Part shown: positions 29,003 to 41,789 of the stretch, in pieces | How positions within the stretch are numbered: the stretch's first letter is position 1 | How the letters are laid out: each line of letters begins with the position of its first letter | NCBI GenBank assembly: GCA_964234715.1 | Contig: OZ174286.1 | Length of the DNA stretch: 64,000 nucleotides | Source: Podarcis melisellensis | Taxonomy: Eukaryota | Reading direction: 5' to 3' (one strand) | Notes under the pieces: generated by a model | Seen by the model: only the letters and a program-made list of their open reading frames with translations | Told to the model about the DNA's origin: nothing | The model's database searches: none | Position numbers and translations under genes: made by a program

Positions 29003-29751
29003 TTGTTGTTTAGTCGTGTCCGACTCTTCGTGACCCCATGGACCAGAGCATGCCAGGCACTCCTGTCTTCCACTGCCTCCCGCAGTTTGGTCAAACTCAT
29101 GCTGGTAGCTTCGAGAACACTGTCCAACCATCTCATCCTGTCGTCCCCTTCTCCTTGTGCCCTCAATCTTTCCCAACATCAGGGTCTTTTCCAGGGAGTC
29201 TTTTCTTCTCATGAGGTGGCCAAAGTATTGGAGCCTCAGCTTCACAATCTGTCCTTCCAGTGAGCACTCAGGGCTGATTTCCATAAGAATGGATAGGTTT
29301 GATCTTCTTGCAGTCCATGGGACTCTCAGGAGTCTCCTCCAGCACCATAATTCAAAAGCATAAATTCTTCGGCGATCAGCCTTCTTTATGTTCCAGCTCT
29401 CACTTCCATACATCACTAGTAGGAAAACCATAGCTTTAACTATACAGACCTTTGTTGGCAAGATGATGGCTCTGCTTTTTAAGATGCTGTCTAGGTTTGT
29501 CCATTGCTTTTCTTCCAAGAAGAAGGCGTCTTTTAATTTCGTGACTGCTGTCACCATCTGCATTGATCATGGAGCCCAAGAAAGTAAAATCTCTCACTGT
29601 CTCCATTTCTTCCCCTTCTATTTGCTAGGAGGTGATGGGACCAGTGGCCATGATCTTAGTTTTTTTGATGTTGAGCTTCAGGCCATATTTTGCGCTCTCC
29701 TCTTTCACCCTCATTAAAAGGTTCTTTAATTCCTCCTTACTTTCTGCCATC
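29003..29751 (-). mobile_element. 5'-truncated BovB (RTE-clade) LINE
   Basis: ORF 28985..29563: NLDSILKSR...VKAMVF..MYGSESW..KKADRRRIYAFELWCWRRLLRVPWTARRSN...LQYFGHLMRR.DSLEKTLMLGKIEG.RRRGRQ; 3' end CATGGGGTCACGAAGAGTCGGACACGACT. Confidence 0.95.
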
Positions 29752-30233
29752 ATGTTAAGAATAAAAGCGTATACCTGTTAACATTTTTTAATGTAGGTAG
29801 AAGAAACTATGTGGCGACTGTTTTAAATGCAGCCAGTCAACAAAATCATGGTAGTGTTATTTGCAGTCCTCAGTTCAAATTGCTCCTTCGCAGAAGCAGT
29901 GTTTCCATGTCTCTCTGCACTGAGCTTCCATAGCTGCAAATGCAATGCTCCTGGTGTGGTTTAGGGGTTTTCCTTTTCTTTCTCCTAATAGTTACTTCCG
30001 CCCTCTTCTAGTCACCACCAGAAGCTTGTACATTCTCATCCTGATGTCATTTGTGTCAGGTGCCAAAATGTAAAGTGATTGTATGAATTTATCAAAACTG
30101 TAATTTAATTTTTTTTTAACATAATCTTCAGATTTGTTTCTACCATTATGCCTATTGCTGATAATATGGAATTAGAAAGGAAATGTAATCTTTTCTGTAG
30201 CTTCATGGGGTTGGTATGTAGGGCTGAATTTAG

Positions 30234-30413
<180 letters not shown>

Positions 30414-30479
30414 TGACGAAAAGTTGACTAATAAACCAATTACTTTAAAAAAAAAAAGCAACCCCAATTTATATTATAA

Positions 30480-30716
<237 letters not shown>

Positions 30717-31208
30717 TGAAATTTCCCCTTGAACCCATTGAAATGTCACCATTACCTTTGTAGTCCTGACAAGAAAACAAGGGGGAAATATTGTTACTAG
30801 TTCAACAATCAGTAAATACTGGATTATTTTAAATTGTGGGATTCTGTCCTGTCCCCTCGCTTCCTGTCTTTTGGTGAGCAGCAAAAACCCATTTTTACAC
30901 ATTTGGTTCTGTATAAGTTACTGATTTTTATGTGGCTGGTTTTATATATGTACTGGTATACTTAATTTGCTGTTGAGAGAGAACATTTTAATGGTTTAAT
31001 CATTGTAGCAGCATTTTTCAGGAACCAAATGTGCTATCTGCTGTGCACAGTTATAATTGCAGTCTTCTTTATTTTGAAGGTATTTACAGTCGCAAATGCA
31101 CTTGAATAACATAATTGGGGGGGGGGGAGAAAGAGATGAGAAAGCAAGCGGTACAAAAGTTAACCTAACATGACAGGTGATGGTTGGAATTTTGTTAACT
31201 CTCTGCAG

Positions 31209-31310
31209 CTTGCCCAGCGAAAAATTCAGGAAATTCTGGCTCAGGTAAGAAGGCAGCAGCAGCAACAAAAAACAGCGCAAAGTGGACAGCCACAGCAGAG
31301 ACGGAAATAA
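31209..31310 (+). CDS. IGF2BP3: IGF2BP3 exon 15, coding part (LAQRKIQEILAQVRRQQQQQKTAQSGQPQQRRK*)
   Basis: cag|CTTGCC...CGGAAATAA; IGF2BP C-terminus. Adjacency to MALSU1 and GPNMB identifies the paralog as IGF2BP3. Confidence 0.95.
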   Translation, partial: LAQRKIQEILAQVRRQQQQQKTAQSGQPQQRRK

Positions 31311-31909
31311 AGGTTTAGGAAAAGACCCTTCGGAGACAGATGCCAGACCAAAGAGAGAGACTGTAACGGACAGGTTCTGGGCACCTGTTGGAATGATATG
31401 CAGATGTTTCACAAAGCCAGTCACTTGTTTGAGGACCAGGCCACAGTTGGCATGCTGTCTCTGAGAATGTATTCTTTAGGCTCTCTTACTTTTGAAACCC
31501 AGCTTTAAACTTAAGGACCCCTTCACTTCCCTTTTGTTCTATTCCTCACAGTTTAACATAAACTTGTTAGTCTTCTTTTATTGTTCTTGCTATTCCCCAG
31601 CAATTTTAGAACTTGGTTTAATGAAGCTTTCTCTTTTGAGTTCACTGATTTAACAAGAAAAGGCATTGCTCTTCTAGGTCCATTTGTAAAAGAAGAAAAG
31701 ACAATTGGAGGGTGGGGTTTGGGGAGGGAGGGCGGGGTTTAGAACAAGGGCATTGACAACGAGGTTACGTGTTACTCCCAATGTTAACCAAGTGGCATTT
31801 CTTTTAAACATTTGGTTGCATTTTTACATAACACTGCCATGTATAAACTAAGGGAAGTGTTCATTGGTGTTGGCCAGGGCATGAAAAGATAAATATGCAT
31901 TTTACTAAA

Positions 31910-33222
31910 CTACCTCAGGCATTTAATACCTCAAATAAGAAATTGTTCCTTTTTTGCTTCTTCTTTTTTCCTTTTTTTTTCTTTTTGGTATTTTGTATAC
32001 TTTATAAAGCTAATAGTTCTTAAGCATTTTATTTTTTTAAAAAAAGAAAAATTTGATCAGCCAATAGTCAGGAGCACTACAGAGTTTATTGAGCGGGTGA
32101 AGGGAAAGAAATATAGTAGATTGCTTCTAACTGCTGGCTGACAGGAGTGAGATGGAAAAATAGAGTCTTTGATTATATCTGAGGGTGTCAACACAATCAT
32201 TTGGGGTGGGGGTGGGTAGGGAATCAGTGAATGTTCAAACGATACTTAAACAAATGCCAACATTCTGATAGCAGCAATGCCATTATTTTTTTTCTTTTAC
32301 GATGGGATGAAAAAGTTTTTGATGGTACTTTTGTTGGGAACAGAACAAGGAAGTGATGGCAAGAGGCTGGGGCTTGGGGGTAAATTTTAGAAGGTCTTTT
32401 GGAGACTGGACGTGTTTTTTTTTTCCTTTTTGTACTTGATTGAATGCATGAACCCTTTGTGCCTTTGACCATCACAACCTACCTACTAACGCTACACCTA
32501 AACATTTGCAGCCCATTTGTACTTTGCCAGTTCTGTTTCAGAGAGCAAGCTTCATCTTCAGTTTGGTAGGATTCTTTATCTGCTGGAGCAGTTTAGAGGT
32601 GTGGATTCTCTGCACCTCCAGCAGATAGCTCCCTACCATTTTCAGTTACCATAGTATTGGGTGTGGGGAGGAGGAGGAATCAAACTCTGTTTGATCTCAT
32701 TTAAAGGTATTGAAAGGCTAAGTTTACATATCCAGCCGCTACTAAGGGCCACACTAAGCCACTTCGAAGGTTTTTTTAAAAAATAAAATAAAATAAAAAG
32801 AATACAACCTCAGGCTTGGCTAATGAAATAAGATAACAGCAAGATTTATGCACATTCTGCAACTGACCACAAAAAAGGAGGAAGAAAACTTATCAAAAGG
32901 CAGGGATCGCAGGAAATTTACCAAATTTATTTTTGATTTCAGAATGTAATTTGAATCATGATTGTGGTAATATGCATTCGAGTTTCTACAATAAACTTCA
33001 GTCTACCTCAGTTTTAACAATGTGGCAACACATGGTGCATAAAGACTGCTGTGTGCGTACGCGCCTGCCCGTGTACACAAGCCTTGCTATTACCTCGGAC
33101 CCTTTTGTTTGTGATGTTTCTGTGCATGAGAGGATTGGAACTGCTACGCTGCACTGAGTTGAGGGGCACAATTAGCAAAAACAAAAAAAAAAGTTTGTTT
33201 CACCATTTTGTTGATCTACCTC
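31910..33222 (+). promoter_or_regulatory. Cluster of let-7 seed-match sites
   Basis: CTACCTCA 31910-31917 (8mer), TACCTCA 31927-31933 (7mer-A1), CTACCTCA 33003-33010 (8mer), TACCTC 33091-33096 (6mer), CTACCTC 33216-33222 (7mer-m8). IGF2BP mRNAs are established let-7 targets. Confidence 0.85.
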
Positions 33223-33834
33223 TTAGATTGATATTAAAATAGAGGCATTTCTTCATAGAATAGATCATTTTCCCAAAGATCGTTGTTGTACAGGTTAGAT
33301 AACTTTTGAAAAATGATCGATCTCTCTCTCTCTTTTTTTACTGGATCTTTTCTTTACTAATTGGTTTAAAAACCACAAATCTTTGTTGTAGTTTAGCAGA
33401 AGGGAAAAATGAAAGTTTCTTTTCTATTTTGGACAGTACTTAACCTAATCTTTAGGAGACTTTTCTTACAATGAATTTACAATTACTGAAGAATTGAGAG
33501 AAGGTCATAGTGTGAATTTTTGTTGTCTGAATTCAATATCCTTTTCTTAATATTGGGGAAAGATTGACTTGTTTTTCCATAACAGTTTTATTTTGCAAAA
33601 TAAGTGCTGCATTTACATCTGCTGGTTTAAATATTGTAATTTTTCTTAAACTTCTAGGCTTTAGAATGGTAAAATCATGTCTTTTACTTTCAATTGAGAC
33701 TTGGTAATTTGGAGTACTTGGAGATAGGTAGGAAGTGATTCTGTAAATGACTTCAGTATTCACAAAAGTATTGATCATTTCTCCTCTGTAATGTGCCCCC
33801 AATGCAGCTTCACTTGCCAGATGCCTCTGAATGG

Positions 33835-33840
33835 AATAAA
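33835..33840 (+). terminator. Probable distal polyadenylation signal of IGF2BP3
   Basis: AATAAA, a CA about 20 nt downstream, then a GU/U-rich tract (TGTGACTGCTTTTGTGTT). Confidence 0.65.
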
Positions 33841-35658
33841 GAGTTTAACTCCTATTATCAGACATATGTGACTGCTTTTGTGTTCCCTTCTTCCACAACA
33901 TGGCAGTTAAATGATTTGTTGTTGAAATGAGATCTTAGCCTTATGTTGCAACCTTACAGAGAAGGCACTGGTGGTTCTGTGATAAGGCATCCTGGCCTAC
34001 CTTGGTTAACACTGAATAGCTGCAAACTTCTGAAATTTGCTTAGGGGATTTGGACTTGAAGAGAGCAGTTTAAACTGCCCATCAACCCAATACTCTCCAT
34101 GTACAAAGACCTTCAATATAATCTTAAAACTTCACAGTTGTAAGATAATGGGAATGAGTCCTCTTTCAGTGGCCTATGACAAGAAGGAACTGATTTTTAA
34201 TGGCCGATGAGATGCAGTATAATGGCGCACATGGAGACAGCTGCAAATTTACATCCATGCACAGGGTTTCTGCAGTCATCAGTATGCTGTGGGGCAGTAA
34301 AACGACAAATTTATATGCTAAGTGCCACTGTTCAAATAAATGTTAAGCATCAGAATGCAATTATATAGACCAATAGCATGTAAACATCTAGAAGACAATG
34401 GTAGTTCTATCCCAATGTAAACTTGTTTCATACCATGTGCCACCTCATTAACAAGATATAAAGTAAGGCTGTCAAATGCTTGCTTGCTTTTAACTCTCTC
34501 CTAATGTTACATTTCTCTGAAAGAGAATTTAAAGCACACCTGGCACTTCCTTGGAAGTAGTGTTTGAAGTATCCCATGTAGGGACAACTTAGCCGACAGC
34601 AGCAATGGTGTAGAAATGAGAAACAAAATCCCCAGTCCAATGGTAGAAATCAGAGGGGGGAGGGATGGGGGGAGAGAGAACAGGGCCCATTCTCTCATGA
34701 CAAAGCAAAATATTTCAAAGCATTAAATTGATGTATTTCAAATGTTTAATGAACAGAAACATGCAAACCAGTAATGAGAGGACAGAACTATTGCAATATG
34801 GCTGCATGTTGCTGCATACTGGTTTTTGAGTTAGTGATCCTTTAAAAAGCTAGAATGGAGAATGACACCCACCCACCCAAATCACTTCTTGATAACAAAT
34901 GCCACTTTAGGGTCCGCACTCTTGGGTAGTGGTGGCTACCTAAGGACCACTTCCAGGTGTTGCCTTAACCCTCCATGGGTTACATGACAGTGGTGCACAT
35001 TGCCAAATATACATTTCCGCGTGCAAATAGAGGTGTTGGGGTGGGATGGGGGAGTCCTAGCCATCATAGTGCTGAGATGGAAGGAGAGGTTACATTGGGT
35101 GCAAGCCTTAGTTGTCAAGAACTCAACTTCCATTTTAAAGTTCCAATTGCTTTATGAGCGCTTTTTCTTGTCACAGTCATTTCACTTACACGCAATAGCT
35201 GTGTTCGAAAACCATTTCTTTTGACTGTTTTAATGAAATTAATGTTTGCCACATTTTTCTAGAACAGAATGGAGGACTTCACCAGTGTGCCTGGAAGTTA
35301 GTTCTTCTGTGCAGAGAAAGCAATGAATCTAAGCTGTATTTGTAGCAACTTTGTGACGTTAGATCAGTTCATTCTTCCTTCCTGCCATAGATGAAATGAA
35401 GCAAGGTTTTATTGCTCAAAACCGGTTGTCTGCTCTTTCAAACAAGCCTTTATTCATCATGAATTTAAATTCACTGTCCTAGAATGTTTTCTTCCAAGTT
35501 ACCTTTAATTTGTTTCATCTATTGTATATACTGCTTATATTCAAAATATAGAAGCATTTATGCTTTCTTGAATTTTCCATGTTTCCGTTTAAAGTGATGG
35601 CAGAGGAGGAAACTAGCCCTTATGTTAGTCTGAAAGCCTGTACTCATACTGGCTAGGA

Positions 35659-35794
35659 TAGGCATCCCTAACCTGCAGCCCTCCAGATGTTTTGGCCTAC
35701 AACTCCCATGATCCCTAGCTAACAGGACCAGTGGTCAGGGATGTTGGGAATTGTAGTCCAAAACATCTGGAGGGCCGAAGGTTGGGGATGCCTG
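35659..35794. mobile_element. Palindromic hAT-type MITE (same internal core as 21324-21459)
   Basis: TIRs TAGGCATCCCTAACCT / AGGTTGGGGATGCCTG; perfect 8-bp TSD GGCTAGGA; shared core CCCTAGCTAACAGGACCAGTGGTCAGGG. Confidence 0.88.
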
Positions 35795-36703
35795 GGCTAG
35801 GATCATCCCACTTGGGCCACTAGCCATCTAGCACACAACAACCTTTCTGCCTAAATTAGTTGGATTGACCTTTGAGTTCCCTAAACTTGGGTATGTCATA
35901 GTACTTCCAACATTCACATTGAGACAGTTCCGTTAGACGTGGTTCACTTTTGTGGTTTGTGTGACAACAGTGGGACACTCATACAGCTCTGGGTGGCTGT
36001 TGAATGGGATGGTGGTGGTTGGCGAGTAGGACAACTTAAAGCAGTTCTGTTGTTGCGGACAGGCGACTACATGGTAGTAGGTCTACTGAGCTTTCTATTA
36101 GGATGGTCTGCACCAAAATCCAAATGGCCCTTGTGGCTTCTCTCGTTTGCTCTTAATAAACCTCTGGAAAAGGAAAATGGATCAGCCAACCATTACCCCC
36201 AAGCTGGTGTTATAGGAGCACCTATAGCAGGCATAGGCAAACTCAGCCCTCCATGTGTTTTGGGACTACAACTGACCAATAGCAATAGGCAACATGTGCC
36301 CAGGTTAATGAATAAAATTCTAAAACCATTTTAGAATGAATGTATTCCTTCCACTTTGGGCTAAATTACTAGCCAAAATACCTTTCAGACAGACTTTACC
36401 TGCAACCAACTTTTGTTCCACCAGCAGCTACTTGTAAGAAAACCCAGATTCGGGGGGTGGGGTGGGGAATTATGACTAGGCTCTCAGAAGTCAATCTCTG
36501 CTTTATACCCACAACATATGCTTTTTGCAATACATAAACCAAGTTTCATTTTTTATATGCCCCGAATTCACTTGAGGAGTATTCTGTATGATTCTGTTTG
36601 CCACCAAGGTCTTCCTGCTGCATTTCCCACGAACTGACACCCAAGTCTCAGCTGTGCGGTATATTTCATGCAGACCTGTTCTTTCCCCTACTTGGGAGAC
36701 CAG

Positions 36704-36861
36704 TCACTGCTGTTCAGGAGTTAGCCCAATTATGAAATCGTCAGGCAAGGATTCTGGCAGTATCCGTGCCAACTGATCATCGTAAGATCGGAGCGTCCAC
36801 AGCTTTTCCAGTTCATAGATTTCGCGTGTCTCTGGCAACATGAAATGGATCACAATATTAC
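36704..36861 (-). CDS. MALSU1: MALSU1 exon 4 ([52 protein letters not shown])
   Basis: cag|GTAATATT... to TGA; RsfS/DUF143 C-terminal motif H...R..Y.LE.LW. Confidence 0.95.
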
Positions 36862-38004
36862 CTGTGAGGATGAGAAGAGTCACAGTAAGCAGCAGTGAAT
36901 TTGGTCTATACGGTTCTCCTACAGATAAGTGTGTTTTGAGTTGGACATACCCCCCACTAAAACTTCTAATCAACCCATCAGCTAAGCATCTCACAGGCTC
37001 GCTGTAATTGGGGATGAACTGATGTTAGCACTCCCTTTTCCCTGCCTTCTTTTGCACACGAGAAGAGCAATATAAAAGATTCCACTTAACCAAATCACAA
37101 TTTCCTGTTACATGTACATTCGAGATCCATTTTACTTAGCTTATGAACTAAACTGCTTTCAATTAAGATGAAACTTCTTGTCAAAAGTGGCAGCTGTTGG
37201 TGTTCCTCCCCCAGTTACTTGCTTGCTCATCGCTGCTCCCCATGGACCTGGGTGGTGGTTGTAATGAACAAATCCAGCAGGTTGTTGTCAATGGCCCCCC
37301 TGCATGTGAGCCCTTGGCAGGTGCCTGGCCATGCCAGCTCTCAACACTAGCCTGCTTTCAGTCTATGAACAGACAAGGACTGGTGGAATGGGAAGAGGGG
37401 AGTGTAAGAACCTGAAGCCTGCCACAACTTCCTCTTCCTCTACAGTTCCAAACTATAGTTTAAGATTGAATCAAGCCACCCACTTTCATTTCCCATTAAG
37501 TAAGGGCAGGAAACCGACTTTTCCCTCCTACTGAAAAGGGATTTAAATGCTTTAATTCTCATTAAAGTAAACCAATATATTTCTGATCTTCAGGGGGAAG
37601 GTATCATGCTTATGTAGCAATGTCTGTAGCAATGCCGCTTGGAAAGGTGACTACTGCAGCTCAGGCTCTGAGTACTTTACAAAAGCCCAGAATACGTTTC
37701 CAGCCCCACACAAGCAGCTGGGTTGAGAGAGTAGTATACAACAATCCCGCAATGTAGTTCACTGCTACAGCACCAGAATTTAAGTGCTTAGAATCCAAGC
37801 CAGAACAACTCGCCAAACTGGCACATGCTTTCTTTAGGGTCAGAAAGCAGGATATTAATATCTGTGTTAACAAATTATGCACCACTGTATGTTTGGGTGC
37901 AAGAAGCCACTTCTATCCAAATGTGTTTTGATAGTTTGTGGCTAAACCCAGGACGTTCTCAAGCTCCGGTCTGACGCCTCATTACTAGAAACAAAATGAT
38001 TTAC

Positions 38005-38086
38005 CAAAATCTATGCAAATCCAATCTTCGCTATCTTTCCCTTCAATTACAACATGGGGATCCCAGTCTGTCCTCAAATGCTTGTA
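38005..38086 (-). CDS. MALSU1: MALSU1 exon 3 (82 bp; [27 protein letters not shown])
   Basis: cag|TACAAG...GATTTTG|gtaaat; EG....W...D.G motif. Confidence 0.95.
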
Positions 38087-39267
38087 CTGAAACAGAAGAC
38101 AAAGTCAGTGTAAAAAGTCACATTCATGAGCAAGAGACCAGTAGTTATTAAACCCATTAAATGGTTGCTGCCACTCACAAGTGTGGTATGCTATACATCG
38201 CCCTCATACAACATTGGCAGTAAACGAGACCTATGTCACAATTATTGTTTTAATGTTTGATGTTTTACTATGTTTTTATATATGCTGGGGTAACAATAAT
38301 AAGTATCATCATCATTTATTTTATTAGGTTATTTGGTTTCTGCCATTTCATTTCATTTATTATATTTCTGTGCTGCTTTTCACTCTCACAAGTCACAAAG
38401 TGGCATACATACAATAAATAATAACATAGTAGAACATCACAACTGCAACATAAATTACATTAAATAATCAAAAAAACAACTACCTTCTTCAAAACACTAT
38501 TAACAAAACATAATAGATTAAACTGCACAACCACACAAAAAGTCACGTTGTAAAATTTGCAAAGCATTACACAACACTCATAATCCACAAAATATTAACG
38601 TTAGCAAGCAAAAACAAAACAAGCACTGCTGAATTCACACACACGCTCGCCGCCCCCATGACCTGAACTGAGCAGAAGACTACATCAAAACACATTCACA
38701 GAATGACCATGGTAGCAACTTCCTTCTGAAAGCTCCGAGCGCTGGAGGATAGGTAAAGACAGGTGGAACAAGCTCTTCACTGGTGGCCAGCATAGAGTCC
38801 CATTCCTCTCCCAGCTCCTCCTCTGGAAACTGCTCCCTTACGAAGGCTGGAGGGTGGGGAAAGGCAGGCAGGAAAAGCTCTTGCCTGGTCAGCTGAGTCC
38901 CATTCCCCTGCTACCCCTGAAAAGTAACTATTTGAGAGCAACATTAGTGCCACTAATGGCAAGGAAGTGCAGTCCAGCAACATGGTGAGCCAGAGGTCCC
39001 CCATCTATGGGATAAATCATGCCTTTTCCTTTCCCATATTCCTCAAATTTCCTGTTGGGACACCTTTTTTCCTGGAATCCCACTCTTAGTTGAAGCCAAT
39101 TTATCTCCTTTGTAATTCAGAAATCTTTGGTATACTCAGGGCCTTATATTTTATTATCTACTATTTTTCCCCTAATGGGCAAATTTGCAAGTATACTTTG
39201 TATATACCCAGCCATCCCTGTTAATAAGCTTCTCCAAACTAAGAAGAGTGCAGAGCAGTTAACTTAC

Positions 39268-39446
39268 CATTTTGACCAGGTACTGAGCCATGGCATGGAG
39301 GTGCCTGGGAGATGTCCCGCTGACAATTATAAAATAATGGCTGTATTTCAGTTCTGGAGGCAACTCAATAACGCAGATGTCCTTGGCATTTTCTTGTCTC
39401 AGAAGCGATACCATGTAGTCAATGCTGAATACTGAAGAGACATGAT
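39268..39446 (-). CDS. MALSU1: MALSU1 exon 2 (179 bp; [60 protein letters not shown])
   Basis: cag|ATCATG...AAAATG|gtaagt; start of the RsfS domain. Confidence 0.95.
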
Positions 39447-39561
39447 CTGAAAGAGTCAACAGAATAAAAATGAGACTGTGGAAAAGAAAAAGATTGCAGG
39501 AAGGAAAGGGGTGCGTGCATTCCTGGGGTTAGTTCCTTATTTGCAAACTATGGTTTACAAA

Positions 39562-39923
39562 GGGACGCGGGTGGCGCTGTGGGTAAAACCTCAGTGACTA
39601 GGACTTGCCGATCGTATGGTCAGCGGTTCGAATCCCCGCGGCGGGGTGAGCTTCCATCTTTCGGTCCCAGCTCCTGCCCACCTAGCAGTTCAAAAGCACC
39701 TATTTATCTCGAAAGTAGATAAATAGGGACCGCTTACTAGCGGGAAGGTAAACGGCATTTCCGTGTGCTGCGCTGGCTCGCCAGATGCAGCTTGTCATGC
39801 TGGCCACGTGACCCTGAAGTGTCTTTGGACAGCTCTGCCCCCCGGCCTCTTAAGTGAGATGGGCGCGCAACCCCAGAGTCGGACACGACTGGCCCGTACG
39901 GGCAGGGGTACCTTTAAATTTAC
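39562..39923 (+). mobile_element. Full-length Sauria-type SINE in MALSU1 intron 1
   Basis: Closely similar to the 17032 copy; TSD CTATGGTTTACAAA/CTATGCTTTACAAA. Confidence 0.92.
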
Positions 39924-40771
39924 CTATGCTTTACAAAGAGTGCCTCTATTAACTCTGGACTAGGATTTTGGAATATGCCGTTCTACTATATGGTTTGCCA
40001 AACTCAAACTGAATTATAATCTCCAACCCATTTCCATTCTGTGGCAATTTTTAAATTTGACACCAGTGTGCAAGAGAAACTCACAAGTGGCATCTCACAC
40101 ACGCTGCTCCTAAGCTGAACCAATTCATCTAAACCTACGTTGTTAGCATGCCAGCATGTTTTCTGCCTGGGTGCAATTATGGTGAGTTCATACTACACAC
40201 AAATACACGCACAGTGGCTATGACCCAGTTTAAACAAGATACTGAACACGGAATGCTGCATGGGAACACCACATAAATACAATTTTTCTTACTGCATATC
40301 ACTTTTAAATGAGTCACATTTGAAGAAGAGAAAAGCAACCAGGCACATCTGCCTTATCCTTTCAAACTGCATAACAAATCCTGGGGGGAAATGCAGAAAT
40401 CTCTGGAAAGAGTTAACTGCTTATTATTCTGAGGGGACTAATTGAGATAATCAGTGAGGTGACCCAAATAATGAATAATCCCCAAAAGATTTTATTTACA
40501 ATTTAGCTCAATGTCTTGTGTGTTACCAACAAGAGCAGCTGACGGTTCACTACTGAAACTAAGCAATCAAGACCCCTCATTGGCTGCAAGCAAAAGTACC
40601 CTAGGCTGTAAACAAGAGAGGTGCTATTGTTTCACAGTTTAAACTTTCCCACCACCCCTTGAAACTTGTGATGGCTTAAATTACAAATTGTTTGAATTTT
40701 ATTCTGGAATGGAATTTGCCCTCTCAAGTTGCACTCCTGCTCTCAGTCCCTTCCATTGTTACACCAATGTC

Positions 40772-40842
40772 CCAGGTTACGTACACATCATACCCTGGAA
40801 GGTATCATATATCATAGCCAGGTTACGTACACATCATACCCT
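40772..40842. repeat. Local direct duplication of CCAGGTTACGTACACATCATACCCT (25 bp, 2 copies)
   Basis: Read directly from the sequence; short spacer between the copies. Confidence 0.85.
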
Positions 40843-41638
40843 CTTTCCTTCCAATAAATCTGGGTTGACTTGCTTCTATTCTTACAGAGGTTTAATAGAT
40901 GGAAAGCAGCTTTTCATGAAATGGCGCTAAACCTAGTGTGGATCAAGCTACAGGACCTGGTAATATACAGCGCCTTTGGGGTGTCAGCTAAAACTCTGTG
41001 CCCCCTGTGCACTGAGCTTGCAAGGATCTGAAAGCTCACTGCAGAGGACTTTGAAAGTGAAGTCTGGTGTGCTATGATGCTTTTGGATCTGCTCTCTGGT
41101 GGGAGGGGAAAGCAGCCAAGGAACTCATCCCTTGCCATTGGCCTTGCTGGCTGGGGCTTTTAGGAGGTGTGGTCCACAACGTCTGGAGGGCACCAGGTTG
41201 GAGATGGCTCCTCTACTTGTACACAAGGATGGAAGCAGGTGCCCACCTGCCTCTCCTCCTGCACTAGCTATGGGGAGAACATTTGAAAATATTGCATGCT
41301 GTGACGTATTTACTGTATTTATCTTGATTTTCTTAATGAGCTTTTGTGTGTGTGTGTATTCCTATAAATAAAATTAAATATGCATAGTCTTTAGAGATAT
41401 TAATGGAACATAGCCACCACTTCCACGAACAGGGTGGATCTCAAAGGCTTTAGAACAGTGTCCCTCCAGATCTTCTCGGACTACAACTCCCATCAGGTCT
41501 GACCACTGGCTGGGGCTGATGGGGTTGGAGCTCAACAGCATCTGGAGGGCCATGCATGTTCTCCATCCGTGATGTAGCAGAAAGTCCACACTGCAGTTTC
41601 TACAAACTCTTCTTAGGGCAACAGCATCATGCTGTAAA

Positions 41639-41694
41639 TCCTGTACTGCAAGGGGTTGGACTAGATGTCCCTCGGGTCCCCTTCCAACTCTATG
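41639..41694 (+). mobile_element. CR1-type 3' end fragment
   Basis: TCCTGTACTGCAAGGGGTTGGACTAGATGTCCCTCGGGTCCCCTTCCAACTCTATGA. Confidence 0.7.
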
Positions 41695-41789
41695 AAAGGA
41701 GGACCCATCCGCATCGTACGTCGAAAAGCTTAGTAGGGTTGCCCCTACAGACGGTCAGTCGTTCTGGCCCTTGATCATAGGAGAGCAGC

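Larger units (their letters stand above)
31311..33860 (+). other. IGF2BP3: IGF2BP3 3'UTR (~2.5 kb)
   Basis: No recognisable transposons; AU-rich; several let-7 seed matches; ends near AATAAA 33835-33840. The end position is inferred. Confidence 0.7.
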
